This document shows, in pieces, positions 1 to 10,447 of a stretch of 64,000 nt of DNA; the stretch's first letter is position 1; the number at the start of each line of letters is the position of its first letter. The DNA is from Methanomassiliicoccales archaeon (lineage in GTDB: Archaea > Thermoplasmatota > Thermoplasmata > Methanomassiliicoccales > UBA472), in the NCBI GenBank assembly GCA_016926075.1, contig JAFGPG010000069.1, positions 10,313 to 74,312 of the forward strand. Direction: 5' to 3'. The position numbers and the translations under genes were made by a program. Below the pieces are notes generated by a model. The model ran no database searches and was not told the DNA's origin. It worked only from the letters and a program-made list of their open reading frames with translations.

Positions 1-1036
1 CCCCGGCCATACGATGCTCCTCCCCCGCTACGATGCTGGAGCACAGGGTCATCAGGCCCCCGCACTCGGCGTAGATGGCCTTGCCCTCCGCGGCGGCCTG
101 CCCCAGCCCCTGCAGGAAGTCCTCGTTCTCGCTCAGCCTTCGGGCATGGACCTCTGGATACCCACCCCCCAGATAATATAGGTCGGCCTCCGGGAGAGGG
201 TCCCCGTCGGTCGGTCGGAAATGTTCAACGGTCGCCCCGGCATAGGACAGGGCCTCCAGGTTCTCCGGGTAGTAGAAACAGAAGGAACGATCACGGGGCA
301 CGGCCACCTTGAGGCCCGCATCCCCCTTGGGATATACAGGCATGCTGCGCGGCGGCAGCTCGGGAGCGGAACCCCCGATCTCGAGCAGTCTTTCCAGGTC
401 GATGTCCTCGACCATTTCCTCCAGGTTCCTCCTCAACGCCCCCAGGTCCCCATTCTCATCCACGGTGACCAGTCCCAGGTGCCTTTCCGAGAGCGTCGCC
501 CCCCGTTCCACCGCCCCCAGTACCGGGACCTTCGCCAGCCGCTCCACCGCTTCCGTCGCTTTCTGGCGGTGCCGCGGTCCGCTGACGTTGTTCAGTATGA
601 CCCCGGCCACCCTGACCCGGGGGTCCAGGGACCGGAACCCCAGCACCACCGCGGCCGCGCTCTTCGCCAGGCTCCTGGCGTTGACCACCAGCACCACCGG
701 GGCGTCCAGAATTTTGGCGATCTCCGCGGTGCTGCCGACGTCGCCGGTGGAAGTGAGCCCGTCGTACAGCCCGCGCACCCCCTCTATCAGGGCCAGATCG
801 GCCCCCTGGCAGGCCCATCTGAAATGTTCCACCATCACCCGGGGTTCGATCATGAAGGAGTCCAGGTTGCGGGACGGACGCCCGGCCGCCAGGGCATGGA
901 ACATCGGATCTATGAAGTCCGGGCCGACCTTGAACGGTTGGACCCTGTACCTCTTGGCCAGACGCATCATGAGCCCGCTGGCGATGCAGGTCTTGCCCAC
1001 CCCGCTACCGGTGCCGGCCAGGACCAGTCTCATCAT
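1..1036 (-). CDS. cfbB: Ni-sirohydrochlorin a,c-diamide synthase (CbiA/CobB-type amidotransferase); C-terminus runs off the left window edge
   Basis: Absent from the ORF track because it has no stop inside the window. My translation of the minus strand from ATG 1036..1034 gives [47 protein letters not shown]...[15 protein letters not shown], open down to position 1. ATGA overlap with the upstream NifH-like gene; cfb operon context. Confidence 0.85.
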   Translation of the reverse strand, partial: MMRLVLAGTGSGVGKTCIASGLMMRLAKRYRVQPFKVGPDFIDPMFHALAAGRPSRNLDSFMIEPRVMVEHFRWACQGADLALIEGVRGLYDGLTSTGDVGSTAEIAKILDAPVVLVVNARSLAKSAAAVVLGFRSLDPRVRVAGVILNNVSGPRHRQKATEAVERLAKVPVLGAVERGATLSERHLGLVTVDENGDLGALRRNLEEMVEDIDLERLLEIGGSAPELPPRSMPVYPKGDAGLKVAVPRDRSFCFYYPENLEALSYAGATVEHFRPTDGDPLPEADLYYLGGGYPEVHARRLSENEDFLQGLGQAAAEGKAIYAECGGLMTLCSSIVAGEEHRMAG

Positions 1037-1830
1037 CTCACGGTCAACTCCCTGAGCATGTCCCGCAGCGCCCCTGGGTCCATGGGAGTGGGCATGACGA
1101 AGTGGTCGTTGGCCAGTATGTCCCGGGCTAACAGACGATAGGCCTGGGCCTGAGGGGAGGAGGGGGCGCCCTCCAATACCGTGCGCCCGGCGTTCTCGCA
1201 GTCCCGCACCACCTGGTGACGGGGGACGAAGCCGATCATCCGGGAGCCCAGGTGTGCCGCTGTGGTCGATACCGCCTCTTTCTCCAGAGGGACGTCGCGG
1301 GAATTGCAGATCAGTCCGCCAAGACCCACCCCCAGGTTATTGAGTCCCCTGCAGATGTTGTTGGCGGCATAGAGGGAGAGGTACTCCCCGGAGGTGACCA
1401 CGTAGACCTCCCGGGCGAAGCCCTGCCGCAGCGGGGTGGCGAACCCCCCGCAGACCACATCGCCCGGGACGTCGTAGAGGACCACATCAGGGTCCTCCGT
1501 GAAATAGTCCCGCTGCAGGGCCTGCAAGGCCACGATGATCCCCCTCCCGGCGCAGCCCACGCCAGCCAAGGGGCCGCCCACCTCCAGACAGCGCACCCCC
1601 AGATAACCGGTGCCCACCTCGTAGCGTCCCACCTCCCCGTCCTTCATCTGGTCCAGGAAGGTGGGGAGGCTCTCCCCGCCCATCAGGGTCAGGGAGCCGT
1701 CGGACTTGGGATCGCAGCCCACGTACCAGACCCGAAGCCCTGCCTCGGCCATGCTGGCCACCAGATTGGCCGATATGGTGGACTTGCCGATGCCGCCCTT
1801 CCCGTAGATGGCGATCTGCCTCAGGTCCAC
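1033..1830 (-). CDS. cfbC: Ni-sirohydrochlorin a,c-diamide reductive cyclase, NifH-like ATPase component
   Basis: 265 aa. P-loop [10 protein letters not shown] plus the CAGRG and VCGGFA cluster-ligand motifs of the NifH/BchL family. Flanked by NifD-like and CbiA-like genes with overlapping junctions. Confidence 0.9.
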   Translation of the reverse strand: MDLRQIAIYGKGGIGKSTISANLVASMAEAGLRVWYVGCDPKSDGSLTLMGGESLPTFLDQMKDGEVGRYEVGTGYLGVRCLEVGGPLAGVGCAGRGIIVALQALQRDYFTEDPDVVLYDVPGDVVCGGFATPLRQGFAREVYVVTSGEYLSLYAANNICRGLNNLGVGLGGLICNSRDVPLEKEAVSTTAAHLGSRMIGFVPRHQVVRDCENAGRTVLEGAPSSPQAQAYRLLARDILANDHFVMPTPMDPGALRDMLRELTVR

Positions 1831-2909
1831 CCCTCCCTTGCCAGCTCGCGCATGGTGTCCCCGAGCTCCGTGCGCAGCACCCCATGCGCGCCCATCACCC
1901 GGGCATGTATGTCCGGCTCGGACACCACGTCCCGGAACCCTTCGCGCAGGTAGTTGTCCACCTCCCTGGGCTGATCGGACATGAGAACAGCGTCGCGGTC
2001 AAGTCCGGGGATGGCATGGACGATGCCGCAGACCACCAGCAGGTCATGCTCGATGGAGGAGATATGCTCAGCAGCCTTGATCCCCGCCACCGGGTACTCG
2101 TCCAGCCCGCCGGTGACGTGATCGAGACGCACTCCCACTTCGCTCAGATCTCGCATGATGTCCGCTACGTAACGCCTGATGCGCGGAAGACCGACCCCCT
2201 GGTCCAGGTTGGCTATGAAGCTCGTCTCCCCTCCAATAAGTGAGCGGCATTCCTCCACCGCCCTCAGCACATCGGCGTGCCCGTAGGCCAGCTCCTTCTT
2301 GCCGTTGAGCACCACCAGCACCCTCCCTCCTTTTCGCAGGGTGTTGCCTATGCGGCGGGCCGCGCTGTACTTGGTGACACCGTAATTGGGGGAGAGAAGC
2401 TCCTTGCTGGTCAATCCCCTGTCGCGCTCCAGCAACGTGGCCCGGGTCAACATGTCCCGCTGGCGGAGATACTCCTTCTGAGGAATGACGCCCCTCTGCC
2501 AGGCCATCTCCAATGCCCGGATGGCTCCCACAGTGTTGGCGCCCGAACAACCATGTACGTCCACCGGGATGACCTTGGCCCGCAGCCCAGCCTTCTCCAC
2601 GGCCCGGTCCAGGCTCTCTCCGATGATCATGCTGGCGCAGGTGCCGACCACCCCGATCAAGGAAGGGTCGAACCGCTCCTGCACCTTGCGCAGGGTCTGC
2701 GTCAGCTTCTCCTCCGCACCGAAGATGAGGTCGTTCTCCTTCATGCCCGTTGTGACCACCCGGACCCCGGCGTCCTCCAGGCGGCGGGAGACCATGAACC
2801 CGCATCCCGCCGGACCATGGACCACGATCACCTCCACGTCAAGGTCACGCAACGTGTACATGGCGGCCACGATGGGATTGGGACGGGGGTGCAGCACGTC
2901 CTCGTTCAC
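1821..2909 (-). CDS. cfbD: Ni-sirohydrochlorin a,c-diamide reductive cyclase, NifD/NifE-like component
   Basis: Track ORF 1821..2933, NifD/E-like sequence ([10 protein letters not shown]...). I prefer GTG 2909..2907 as the start: AAGGAGG lies 7 nt upstream and it forms a GTGA overlap with the cfbE stop. ATG 2933 is the alternative. Confidence 0.85.
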   Translation of the reverse strand: MNEDVLHPRPNPIVAAMYTLRDLDVEVIVVHGPAGCGFMVSRRLEDAGVRVVTTGMKENDLIFGAEEKLTQTLRKVQERFDPSLIGVVGTCASMIIGESLDRAVEKAGLRAKVIPVDVHGCSGANTVGAIRALEMAWQRGVIPQKEYLRQRDMLTRATLLERDRGLTSKELLSPNYGVTKYSAARRIGNTLRKGGRVLVVLNGKKELAYGHADVLRAVEECRSLIGGETSFIANLDQGVGLPRIRRYVADIMRDLSEVGVRLDHVTGGLDEYPVAGIKAAEHISSIEHDLLVVCGIVHAIPGLDRDAVLMSDQPREVDNYLREGFRDVVSEPDIHARVMGAHGVLRTELGDTMRELAREGWT

Positions 2910-4195
2910 AGATAGCCCTCCTTGGTGGCCCACAGCAACGTGCTGTGGTAACCCAATACCTCGTCCATACCGGTTATGATATGATAACCCTCCTCCTTGG
3001 CCGTGCCCGTTCCATCCGATAATAGGTATCTACCGCGCACCTGGGGAATTTGGTCGCATATTTGTTGGACCCTGCTCAGTTCCAACTTCTCACAGACCCT
3101 GCGGTTCACCGGGTCCAGTACCAGTCCGATGTCCCGGCATCCGTACTCGTGGACCAGCGTCCTCAGCTGGAATTCCAGGGAAGCCGCGCTGATCCCCGGG
3201 TTGCGTTCCCGCACCAACACCCCCCATTCATGCTTGGTCACCTCACACCGACCGGCCAGGCCCCGGTAGTCGGACAGGCGCCGGGCGGCCCCAATGGGAT
3301 CGCGTCCCAGGGCCATGACGACCGCCAGGGCGCAGGCCAGTGCGGTGCGATAGGTGGAATGGATATAGCCGCCCCGAAGTTCGTATTCCCGTCGTTCCCC
3401 GCCCGACCGCACCACCGAGATGGCGGGGCCCCCCAGCTCTCCCAGTCTCAGCTCGACGTCCACGTCCCCACCCTGGCCGAATGTGATCGCCTCCACGTCC
3501 CTGGGGACCTCGTCCCTCCACAGTGCCGCCTCCGAGACCGGGTAGACCACTCTGCCCCGGGCCGACCGGACCATCTGGACCTTGCCTTCCCAGGCCTTTC
3601 TCATGCCCCCTGCGATGGGATAGTCCTCCTGAAGGCCGGTGATGACCCCCACCGAGGCAAGCCCGCTTCCTCCCAGGCTCACCTCCATCACCCCCAGGTC
3701 GTAACCGTCGTACTCCTTCGAGAGGCGAAGCAGGGTGGCCGGGGCTATGCTGACCCTCTCCTCCAGCACACTCACCTCCGGCGCGTAGGACCATAGGCCG
3801 GAACTGGTCAAGGAGAGGACTCGGTAATGTTGGTCCGCTAAAAGGAAGGAGAGCAGGTGACAGGTGCTGGTCTTACCCTTGGTGCCGGTCACCTCCACGG
3901 TGGGAAAGCGGAAATTGGCCAACTCCCCTACCGCCTGATGATGGGTGATGGTACGTAGGGCCTTGGCCGGACCCATGAATCTCAACGGGGCGTGGACAGG
4001 CACTACTGCCAGATCATAGTCCTCGGCCGGCGTCTCGATCGGACATCGCACCCCCATGGCCTTGAGACGATGCACTGCCCGGGCGGAATTACGATAGATG
4101 TCCACCGCGGTCACCTCCCCCCCTTGGGAGAGATATTCCTCGGCCAGGACGTCCCCCCCATGGGTCAGGTCCAGCACCAGCACATTCATATTCAC
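2906..4195 (-). CDS. cfbE: coenzyme F430 synthetase (Mur-ligase-like)
   Basis: 429 aa with the Mur-ligase ATP site VTGTKGKTST. GTG 4195 overlaps the cfbA stop (GTGA); alternative ATG at 4189. Confidence 0.85.
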   Translation of the reverse strand: MNMNVLVLDLTHGGDVLAEEYLSQGGEVTAVDIYRNSARAVHRLKAMGVRCPIETPAEDYDLAVVPVHAPLRFMGPAKALRTITHHQAVGELANFRFPTVEVTGTKGKTSTCHLLSFLLADQHYRVLSLTSSGLWSYAPEVSVLEERVSIAPATLLRLSKEYDGYDLGVMEVSLGGSGLASVGVITGLQEDYPIAGGMRKAWEGKVQMVRSARGRVVYPVSEAALWRDEVPRDVEAITFGQGGDVDVELRLGELGGPAISVVRSGGERREYELRGGYIHSTYRTALACALAVVMALGRDPIGAARRLSDYRGLAGRCEVTKHEWGVLVRERNPGISAASLEFQLRTLVHEYGCRDIGLVLDPVNRRVCEKLELSRVQQICDQIPQVRGRYLLSDGTGTAKEEGYHIITGMDEVLGYHSTLLWATKEGYL

Positions 4196-4581
4196 ATCTC
4201 GGCCCTTATACGGTCCATGAGGATGTCCGCCAATCTGGGGTCCTGACCCATGGGCTGGCAGTAGCGGACCTCCACATCCTTGCCGTCGACGGCCACCTTG
4301 CCGCGGCGCTGTCCCTTGGCAAAACCCAACACCCCAGGTATGTCCTCGGTGGTGTGTATGCCCACGGCCAGGAAGCAGGGCACCACGTAGACCACTTCCG
4401 CTCCCCGTCGGACCACGTTCTGCAGCCCGGTAGGTATGTCCGGGGCGTTCAGCTGCATGAAGGCCGCCTCGACCGGCCCGAACTCCCCTCTTTCCTCCAG
4501 CAGGCTGGCCATCTTGACCGCCAGGTCCATGTTGTGCTCCATCTTGCTACCGTGCCCGACCACTAGAACTCCGTTGCTCAT
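4192..4581 (-). CDS. cfbA: sirohydrochlorin nickel/cobalt chelatase, small CbiX(S) type
   Basis: 129 aa with VVGHGSK near the N-terminus. Size and sequence are typical of CbiXS. First gene of the cfb operon. Confidence 0.85.
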   Translation of the reverse strand: MSNGVLVVGHGSKMEHNMDLAVKMASLLEERGEFGPVEAAFMQLNAPDIPTGLQNVVRRGAEVVYVVPCFLAVGIHTTEDIPGVLGFAKGQRRGKVAVDGKDVEVRYCQPMGQDPRLADILMDRIRAEM

Positions 4582-4724
4582 GTCGATTCACCTTGCGGGG
4601 CAATAACCCCTAGGCTTGATAAATATTACTATAGAATGAAAAAATAACATTAATTCTATAATGTTCATACATATTAAAAATAGGAATTGTTTTATTACTC
4701 ATCGTGCTTAAGGGGGACGAAAAG
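4582..4724. promoter_or_regulatory. AT-rich divergent promoter region between the cfb operon and the tetrapyrrole trunk operon
   Basis: 143 bp strongly AT-rich island in a GC-rich window with several TATA-like runs. Inverted repeat TATAGAAT (4630-4637) / ATTCTATA (4653-4660). Confidence 0.6.
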
Positions 4725-5327
4725 ATGATCCCGCTGTTCCTGGACCTGAGGGGTAAGAAGGCCATCGTCTTCGGATGCGGTCCGGTCGGTCAACGCAAGG
4801 CTGTCTACCTGGCGAAGCAGGCCGATGTGACCGTGGTGGACCGATCGCCCGGACCAGCCCCCGAAGGCGCAAGAAGGATATTGGGGGACGCCCGCTCACA
4901 CCTCCACCTATTGCAACAGGCGGACCTGGTGGTGGCAGCCACCGAGGACGGGGAGCTCAACGACCTCATATGCAGGGAGGCGTCCGACCTCGGCATTTGG
5001 TTCAATCGTGCCGACGGTACCGGTTCCTTCCTCATCCCCTCGGTCGTCGAAAGACGGAACTTCACCGTGGCGGTGTCCACCGAAGGTCGCAGCCCGGGCA
5101 TGTCCCGCCATATCAGGGAACACCTGGACCTCTGCCTGCCCCCGGAATGGGAGGACATGGTCCAGGTCATGGAGATGGTACGCCAGGAGCTCAGGTCGGT
5201 CGTGGAGGACCCGCACGCGCGAGAGAGGACGCTGAGAACGCTGAGCGAGGACCAGGAGGTCTGGGAGGCACTGTCCTCGGGGACGGAGGCCGCCTTCCGG
5301 ACGGCCATGCGCAAGGCGGTGCGTTGA
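4725..5327 (+). CDS. sirC: precorrin-2 dehydrogenase / sirohydrochlorin-forming enzyme (CysG N-terminal / SirC family)
   Basis: Track ORF starts at GTG 4704. I prefer ATG 4725, which has AGGGGGA about 8 nt upstream. Rossmann motif VFGCGPVGQRK. Confidence 0.8.
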   Translation: MIPLFLDLRGKKAIVFGCGPVGQRKAVYLAKQADVTVVDRSPGPAPEGARRILGDARSHLHLLQQADLVVAATEDGELNDLICREASDLGIWFNRADGTGSFLIPSVVERRNFTVAVSTEGRSPGMSRHIREHLDLCLPPEWEDMVQVMEMVRQELRSVVEDPHARERTLRTLSEDQEVWEALSSGTEAAFRTAMRKAVR

Positions 5328-5328
5328 G

Positions 5329-6612
5329 ATGTTCCCCCTGATCAGCGCCCATATCACCCACAAGGAGGCCCCCATGCAGGACCTGGGACGCCTGGGCGAC
5401 GTGGACCCCCAGGCACTGCTCTCCTCGCTGAGAGCCTTGCCCAGGATCGACGAATGTGCCTTGCTGAAGACCTGCAACAGAGTGGAGTTCTACGTGGTCT
5501 CCGAGGACCAGGTGCAGGCCAGGGAAGGACTGGAGCGGTTGGTCGCCTCCCTCCTGCCCTACGATAGGGAGGGCGGGCTGGTCCGTTTCATGACCGGCCG
5601 GGGGTCCATGCATCACCTGCTACGGGTGTCCTGCGGGCTGGAGTCCCTGATCGTGGGGGAGGACCAGATACAATCGCAGGTGAAGGAATGCTATGACCTG
5701 TGCATGAGACAGGGCTGCATCGGAAAGGTGCTGGGGACGGTGTTCCGCAAGGCCATCAGCACCGGTAAGAGGGTCCGGACGGAGACGCGGCTCAACAAGG
5801 GCAACGTTTCGGTGGGCTCGGCCGCGGTGGACATGGCCGAGGCCCGACTGGGCGACCTTCAAGGGCGCACCGTACTGGTGATAGGGGCCGGACAGATGGC
5901 CACCCTCATCGCCAAGCATCTGCTGGGTAAGGGCCCCCAGGCGGTGTTCGTATCCAACCGCACCTATGCCCGGGCGATGGAGCTGGCCTGGTGCCTGAAC
6001 GGGAAGGCGGTACGCTTCGAACAGTTGCAGGATTACCTGGCCAGGGCGGACGTGGTGCTCTGTGCCACGTCGGCCAAGCATATCGTGCTCGGACCGCAGG
6101 AGGTCGGTGAGGCCATGCGTATAAGGGAGGGACGACCCATGTTCATAATCGACGTCTCCTTCCCGCGCAACGTGGCCGAGGAGGTGCGCTCACTGCCCGG
6201 GGTGGAGATGTGCGACCTATCCGGGCTGAACGGCGTGGCCAGGGAGAACCTGGAAAGGCGCAGGTCGGAGATCCTGGAGGCCGAGGCCATCATCAAGGAG
6301 GAACTGCAGCTGTTGACCGCCCGCCTGGAGGAGATGCGTGCGGCGGAGCTGCTGCGGTCTGTGCATAGCAAGTATCAGGACATCAAGCTGCGGGAGGTGC
6401 AAAAGGCCATGAACCGTCTGCGTTCCGGAGAGGAATCGGAGCGCGTGCTGGAGGACCTGGCCGGGGCCTTGGTCAGCCGCTTCCTGGCCGACCCCACGGC
6501 GGCGGTCAAGATGGCCAGCCGTTGCGGGGATTCCCATCTGCTGCGCACCACCCGGGAGCTGTTCGCGTTGGAGGAGCATCATGTTCCCTCAGGAAAGGAT
6601 GAGAAGGATTAG
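5329..6612 (+). CDS. hemA: glutamyl-tRNA reductase
   Basis: 427 aa with the catalytic-Cys motif LKTCNRVEFY and NADPH site VIGAGQMA. Confidence 0.92.
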   Translation: MFPLISAHITHKEAPMQDLGRLGDVDPQALLSSLRALPRIDECALLKTCNRVEFYVVSEDQVQAREGLERLVASLLPYDREGGLVRFMTGRGSMHHLLRVSCGLESLIVGEDQIQSQVKECYDLCMRQGCIGKVLGTVFRKAISTGKRVRTETRLNKGNVSVGSAAVDMAEARLGDLQGRTVLVIGAGQMATLIAKHLLGKGPQAVFVSNRTYARAMELAWCLNGKAVRFEQLQDYLARADVVLCATSAKHIVLGPQEVGEAMRIREGRPMFIIDVSFPRNVAEEVRSLPGVEMCDLSGLNGVARENLERRRSEILEAEAIIKEELQLLTARLEEMRAAELLRSVHSKYQDIKLREVQKAMNRLRSGEESERVLEDLAGALVSRFLADPTAAVKMASRCGDSHLLRTTRELFALEEHHVPSGKDEKD

Positions 6613-7552
6613 ATATCATGCAGGGGTCCGCGACCTGGTACGGGAGAACCGCCTGGCGCCGGAGCAGCTCATACAGCCGCTGTTCGTGGACGAGAACATC
6701 GACCAGCGCCGCTCGGTGCCCTCCCTTCCCGGTCAGTGCGCCCTTCCGCCGGACCAGGTGCTGCGGGAGTGCCGGGAGATAGAGGCCTCCGGGTGCCGGG
6801 CGGTCCTGCTCTTCGGGATCCCCAAACGAAAGGACCCCCTGGGCAAGGGCGCCTATGACGACGAGGGGGTCGTGCAACGGGCCGTACGCAGCATCAAGAA
6901 GGGATGCGGGCTGGCCATCATCACCGACCTCTGCCTCTGCGAGTACACAGACCACGGGCACTGCGGTGTGATGGTGGACGAAGAGGTGGACAACGACGCC
7001 ACCTTGGGACTCTACGCCCGGATCGCCGTCAGCCAGGCCCGTGCCGGGGCGGACATGGTCGCCCCCAGCGGGATGATGGACGGTCAGGTGGCGGCCATAC
7101 GACAGGCTTTGGACCAGCAGGGTCAATCCCGTGTCGGCATCATGGCCTACTCGGCGAAGTTCTGTTCCTGCTTCTACGGGCCCTTCAGGGACCTGGCCGG
7201 GAGCCGTCCCTCCCACGGGGACCGCAGATCACACCAGATAGACCCGGCCAACGGACGGCAGGCCCTGCGGGAGATGGAGCTGGACGTCGAGGAGGGAGCG
7301 GACATGCTCATGGTCAAGCCGGCATTGCCCTATCTGGATGTCATCAAGGAGGCCAGCAATCGATTCGAGATGCCCCTGTGCGCCTTCCAGGTCAGCGGGG
7401 AGTACGCCATGGTAATGGCCGCAGCAGAGAGGGGATGGATCGACCGCGACGCGGCCATCATGGAATCCCTTATCTCGATAAGAAGGGCCGGGGCCGACTG
7501 CATCGTCACCTATTTCGCCAAGGAGGCCGCCCGACTTCTGGAGGGGAAATGA
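6581..7552 (+). CDS. hemB: porphobilinogen synthase (5-aminolevulinate dehydratase), Zn type
   Basis: 323 aa. N-terminus MFPQERMRRIRYH and Cys-rich Zn motif DLCLCEYTDHGHCG. Starts 32 nt inside hemA. Confidence 0.92.
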   Translation: MFPQERMRRIRYHAGVRDLVRENRLAPEQLIQPLFVDENIDQRRSVPSLPGQCALPPDQVLRECREIEASGCRAVLLFGIPKRKDPLGKGAYDDEGVVQRAVRSIKKGCGLAIITDLCLCEYTDHGHCGVMVDEEVDNDATLGLYARIAVSQARAGADMVAPSGMMDGQVAAIRQALDQQGQSRVGIMAYSAKFCSCFYGPFRDLAGSRPSHGDRRSHQIDPANGRQALREMELDVEEGADMLMVKPALPYLDVIKEASNRFEMPLCAFQVSGEYAMVMAAAERGWIDRDAAIMESLISIRRAGADCIVTYFAKEAARLLEGK

Positions 7553-8829
7553 TGGGCTCAGAGCGCTCCAGGATGCTGTACGAAAGGGCCCATGGCCTGA
7601 TGCCCGGAGGGGTCTCCTCCCCGGTGAGGGCCTCCGAGCCCTTTCCCCTGTTCATCAAAGGGGGAAAGGGGGCCACCCTATTCGACGTGGACGGCAATCG
7701 ATACTCGGATTACTGCCTGGCCTACGGCCCCCTCATACTTGGTCACGCCCATCCCCGTGTGGTGGAGGCCCTACGGAAGCAGGCGGGGGAGGGCACGCTG
7801 TATGGGGCGCCCACCGAGCTGGAGGTGGAGATGGCCTCCCTGATCTCCTCGCTATACCCATCCATGCCCATGATGCGATTCGTCAGCTCCGGCACGGAGG
7901 CAACCATGCACGCCCTACGCCTGGCGCGGGGCTTCACCGGTCGCAGCAAGATCATCAAGATCGAGGGGGCCTTCCATGGCGCTCACGACTCGGTGCTGGT
8001 GAAGGCCGGCTCCGGAGCGGCCACACATGGCACCCCGGACTCCCTGGGGGTGCCGGAGGAGGTGGCCAGGAACACCCTGCTGGCGCCCTACAATGACCTG
8101 GATGCGGTGGAGCGACTGATGAGGGAACAGGGCGGGCAGATCGCCGCCCTGATCGTGGAACCGGTGCTGGGCAACATCGGTCCGGTGCTCCCCCGGGAAG
8201 GCTATCTGCAAGGGCTGCGAGAGCTCACCTCCCGGCACGACCTGCTGCTCATCTTCGACGAGGTCATCACCGGCTTCCGCCTAGCCATGGGCGGGGCCCA
8301 GGAATATTACGGCGTTCGGCCGGACATCACCGTGCTGGGCAAGATCGCCGGGGGCGGCCTGCCCATCGGGATCTTCGGCGCCTCGGAAGAGATCATGTCC
8401 TGGGTCTCCCCCCTGGGGAAGGTCTATCAGGCTGGGACGTTCAACGGTAACCCCATGTCCATGACCGCCGGCCTGGAGACCCTGCGAGAACTGCGGGAGA
8501 AGGGGCACGAAGGCCTCTTCCATAACGGGGAGAGGATGAGGAAAGGGCTACAGAATGTCCTTGACGACCTAGGCCTGGGATACAAGGTACAGGGCATCGG
8601 GCCCATGTACCAGCTCTTCCTCGGCCGGGAGGAGGTATGGGACCGCGCGGGGGCCATGCGCAGCGACGCCACCCTCTTCAAGAGGTTATACCAGGGACTG
8701 CTGCATGAAGGGGTCTACATCCCACCCTCCCAGTTCGAGACGTGCTTCCTCTCCACCGCGCATTCCCAGGCGGACATCGACCGCGCTCTGGGGTCCTACG
8801 AGAAAGTGCTCAGGGGGCTGCGGCCATGA
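7549..8829 (+). CDS. hemL: glutamate-1-semialdehyde 2,1-aminomutase
   Basis: Last 426 codons of track ORF 6904..8829. ATG 7549 overlaps the hemB stop (ATGA). MMGSERSRMLYERAHGLMPGGVSSPVRA; class-III aminotransferase motifs FDEVITGFR and GTFNGNP. Confidence 0.92.
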   Translation: MMGSERSRMLYERAHGLMPGGVSSPVRASEPFPLFIKGGKGATLFDVDGNRYSDYCLAYGPLILGHAHPRVVEALRKQAGEGTLYGAPTELEVEMASLISSLYPSMPMMRFVSSGTEATMHALRLARGFTGRSKIIKIEGAFHGAHDSVLVKAGSGAATHGTPDSLGVPEEVARNTLLAPYNDLDAVERLMREQGGQIAALIVEPVLGNIGPVLPREGYLQGLRELTSRHDLLLIFDEVITGFRLAMGGAQEYYGVRPDITVLGKIAGGGLPIGIFGASEEIMSWVSPLGKVYQAGTFNGNPMSMTAGLETLRELREKGHEGLFHNGERMRKGLQNVLDDLGLGYKVQGIGPMYQLFLGREEVWDRAGAMRSDATLFKRLYQGLLHEGVYIPPSQFETCFLSTAHSQADIDRALGSYEKVLRGLRP

Positions 8830-9707
8830 TCATCGGTACCCGTGGAAGCCGCCTGGCAGTGGCCCAGACCGACATTTTCCTGGAGCGGCTGCGCTCGCTC
8901 TTCCCTCTGGTCAATGCGGAGGTGCGGATGATATCCACCACCGGCGACCGTGTCAGGGACCGCCCCCTGCACGCCATGGGGGGCTTCGGGGTCTTCGTCA
9001 AGGAGCTGGACGAGCGTATACTGGCCGGGGACATCGACTGTGCGGTGAACAGCCTGAAGGACATGCCGATGGACCTCACCCCGGGGACCAGGCTGGCCTG
9101 CGTGCTGCCACGCGGCCCGGCCGAGGACGTACTGGTCGCCGACGTCCCTCTGCAGGAATTGAGGGAGGGAGCGGTGCTGGGCACCTCCAGTGTCCGAAGG
9201 AAGGCCATGCTGCTCCACCAACGACCGGACCTGAACATCAGGGAACTGCGGGGCAACCTGACCACCCGCCTGAAGAAGATGCGCAGCGAGGGGATGGACG
9301 GCATCGTCGTCGCCCGGGCCGGCCTGGAGCGGTTGGCGGTGCGCTGCGAGCGTCATACGCTCGACCCGGAGGTCTTCGTGCCGGCCGTGGGCCAGGGGGC
9401 CATCGCGGTCGTGTGCCGCGAAGGGCTGCCCGAAGGACGGCAGTTGAGTGCGCTGGATGACGGCAGGACCCGCCTGGAGGTGGAGTCCGAACGCTTCCTG
9501 CAGCGGGCCCTGGGCGGAGGCTGCTCGGTGCCCGTCGGCATCCATGCGGTGACGGAAGGGAAGCGCATGACGGTGCGGGCCGCGGTCCTCCTTCCCGACG
9601 GTTCCAGACGCTTCGACATGGCCGAGGGGTTCACCATCGCCGATCGCCATGCCGCGTTGAACGATATGGTGGGAACACTACTGGAGGGAGCGGAGGGGAT
9701 GTTATGA
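8826..9707 (+). CDS. hemC: porphobilinogen deaminase (hydroxymethylbilane synthase)
   Basis: ATG 8826 overlaps the hemL stop (ATGA). N-terminus MIIGTRGSRLAVAQT. Confidence 0.92.
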   Translation: MIIGTRGSRLAVAQTDIFLERLRSLFPLVNAEVRMISTTGDRVRDRPLHAMGGFGVFVKELDERILAGDIDCAVNSLKDMPMDLTPGTRLACVLPRGPAEDVLVADVPLQELREGAVLGTSSVRRKAMLLHQRPDLNIRELRGNLTTRLKKMRSEGMDGIVVARAGLERLAVRCERHTLDPEVFVPAVGQGAIAVVCREGLPEGRQLSALDDGRTRLEVESERFLQRALGGGCSVPVGIHAVTEGKRMTVRAAVLLPDGSRRFDMAEGFTIADRHAALNDMVGTLLEGAEGML

Positions 9708-10447
9708 ACGGAAAGGTCTTTCTGGTGGGGGCCGGACCGGGGGACCCCGGGCTGATGACCCTCAGGGGCATGGAGCTGCTCCGCAGCGCGGACGCGGTGG
9801 TGTACGATTCCCTGGCCAACGAAGCGCTGCTTAAGGAGGCCAGGGCGGGCGCCGATCTGATCGACGTGGGCAAGAGGGGCGCCCATCACAAGATGGAGCA
9901 GGAGGACATCAACCGGTTGCTGGTGCAAAGGGCCAGGGAAGGCCTCACGGTGGTCCGCCTCAAGGGAGGGGACCCCTTCCTCTTCGGCCGGGGGGCCGAG
10001 GAGGTACAGGAACTGCGAAGGGCGGGGGTGGAGGTGCACGTGGTCCCAGGGGTGACATCGGCCATCGCCGCCCCGGAGCTGGCCGGGGTACCGGTCACCC
10101 ACCGTGAGCACGCCTCCCTGGTGACCTTCGTCACTGGCAACGAGGGCCAGGAAAAGGAGGAGGACACGATCGACTGGTCCGCCCTGGCCCGAACGGGAGG
10201 GACCATCGTCATCCTCATGGGCATGGCCAACCTGGAACGCAACATGCGCCGACTGATGGAAGGGGGTATGGAACCCTCGACCTCGGTGGCCGTGGTGCAC
10301 CGGGGCTCCTCGCCCTCCCAGAGGACGGTGGTGGGCCGCGTCTCGGACATAGGGGAATTGTGCCGGAGGGAGGGCATCGGCGCCCCCTCCGTGGTGGTGG
10401 TAGGAAGCGTAGCCACTTTGGCCGCCGTGCTGGGGGACCTGAGATGA
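9704..10447 (+). CDS. cobA: uroporphyrinogen-III C-methyltransferase (SUMT)
   Basis: 247 aa with FLVGAGPGDPGLMTLRG. ATGA overlap with the hemC stop. Confidence 0.9.
   Translation: MNGKVFLVGAGPGDPGLMTLRGMELLRSADAVVYDSLANEALLKEARAGADLIDVGKRGAHHKMEQEDINRLLVQRAREGLTVVRLKGGDPFLFGRGAEEVQELRRAGVEVHVVPGVTSAIAAPELAGVPVTHREHASLVTFVTGNEGQEKEEDTIDWSALARTGGTIVILMGMANLERNMRRLMEGGMEPSTSVAVVHRGSSPSQRTVVGRVSDIGELCRREGIGAPSVVVVGSVATLAAVLGDLR

Noticed and set aside
221-1141. Long plus-strand ORFs (306 aa and 248 aa) at the left edge
   Set aside because: They are antisense to the clearly coding cfbB frame, which has good CbiA motifs. Their products are P/R/G/H-rich low-complexity sequence, typical shadow ORFs of high-GC DNA.
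6904-7548. N-terminal 215 codons of the 641-aa track ORF 6904..8829
   Set aside because: This part runs out of frame across hemB and is R/G-rich nonsense. The real gene (hemL) starts at ATG 7549, overlapping the hemB stop.
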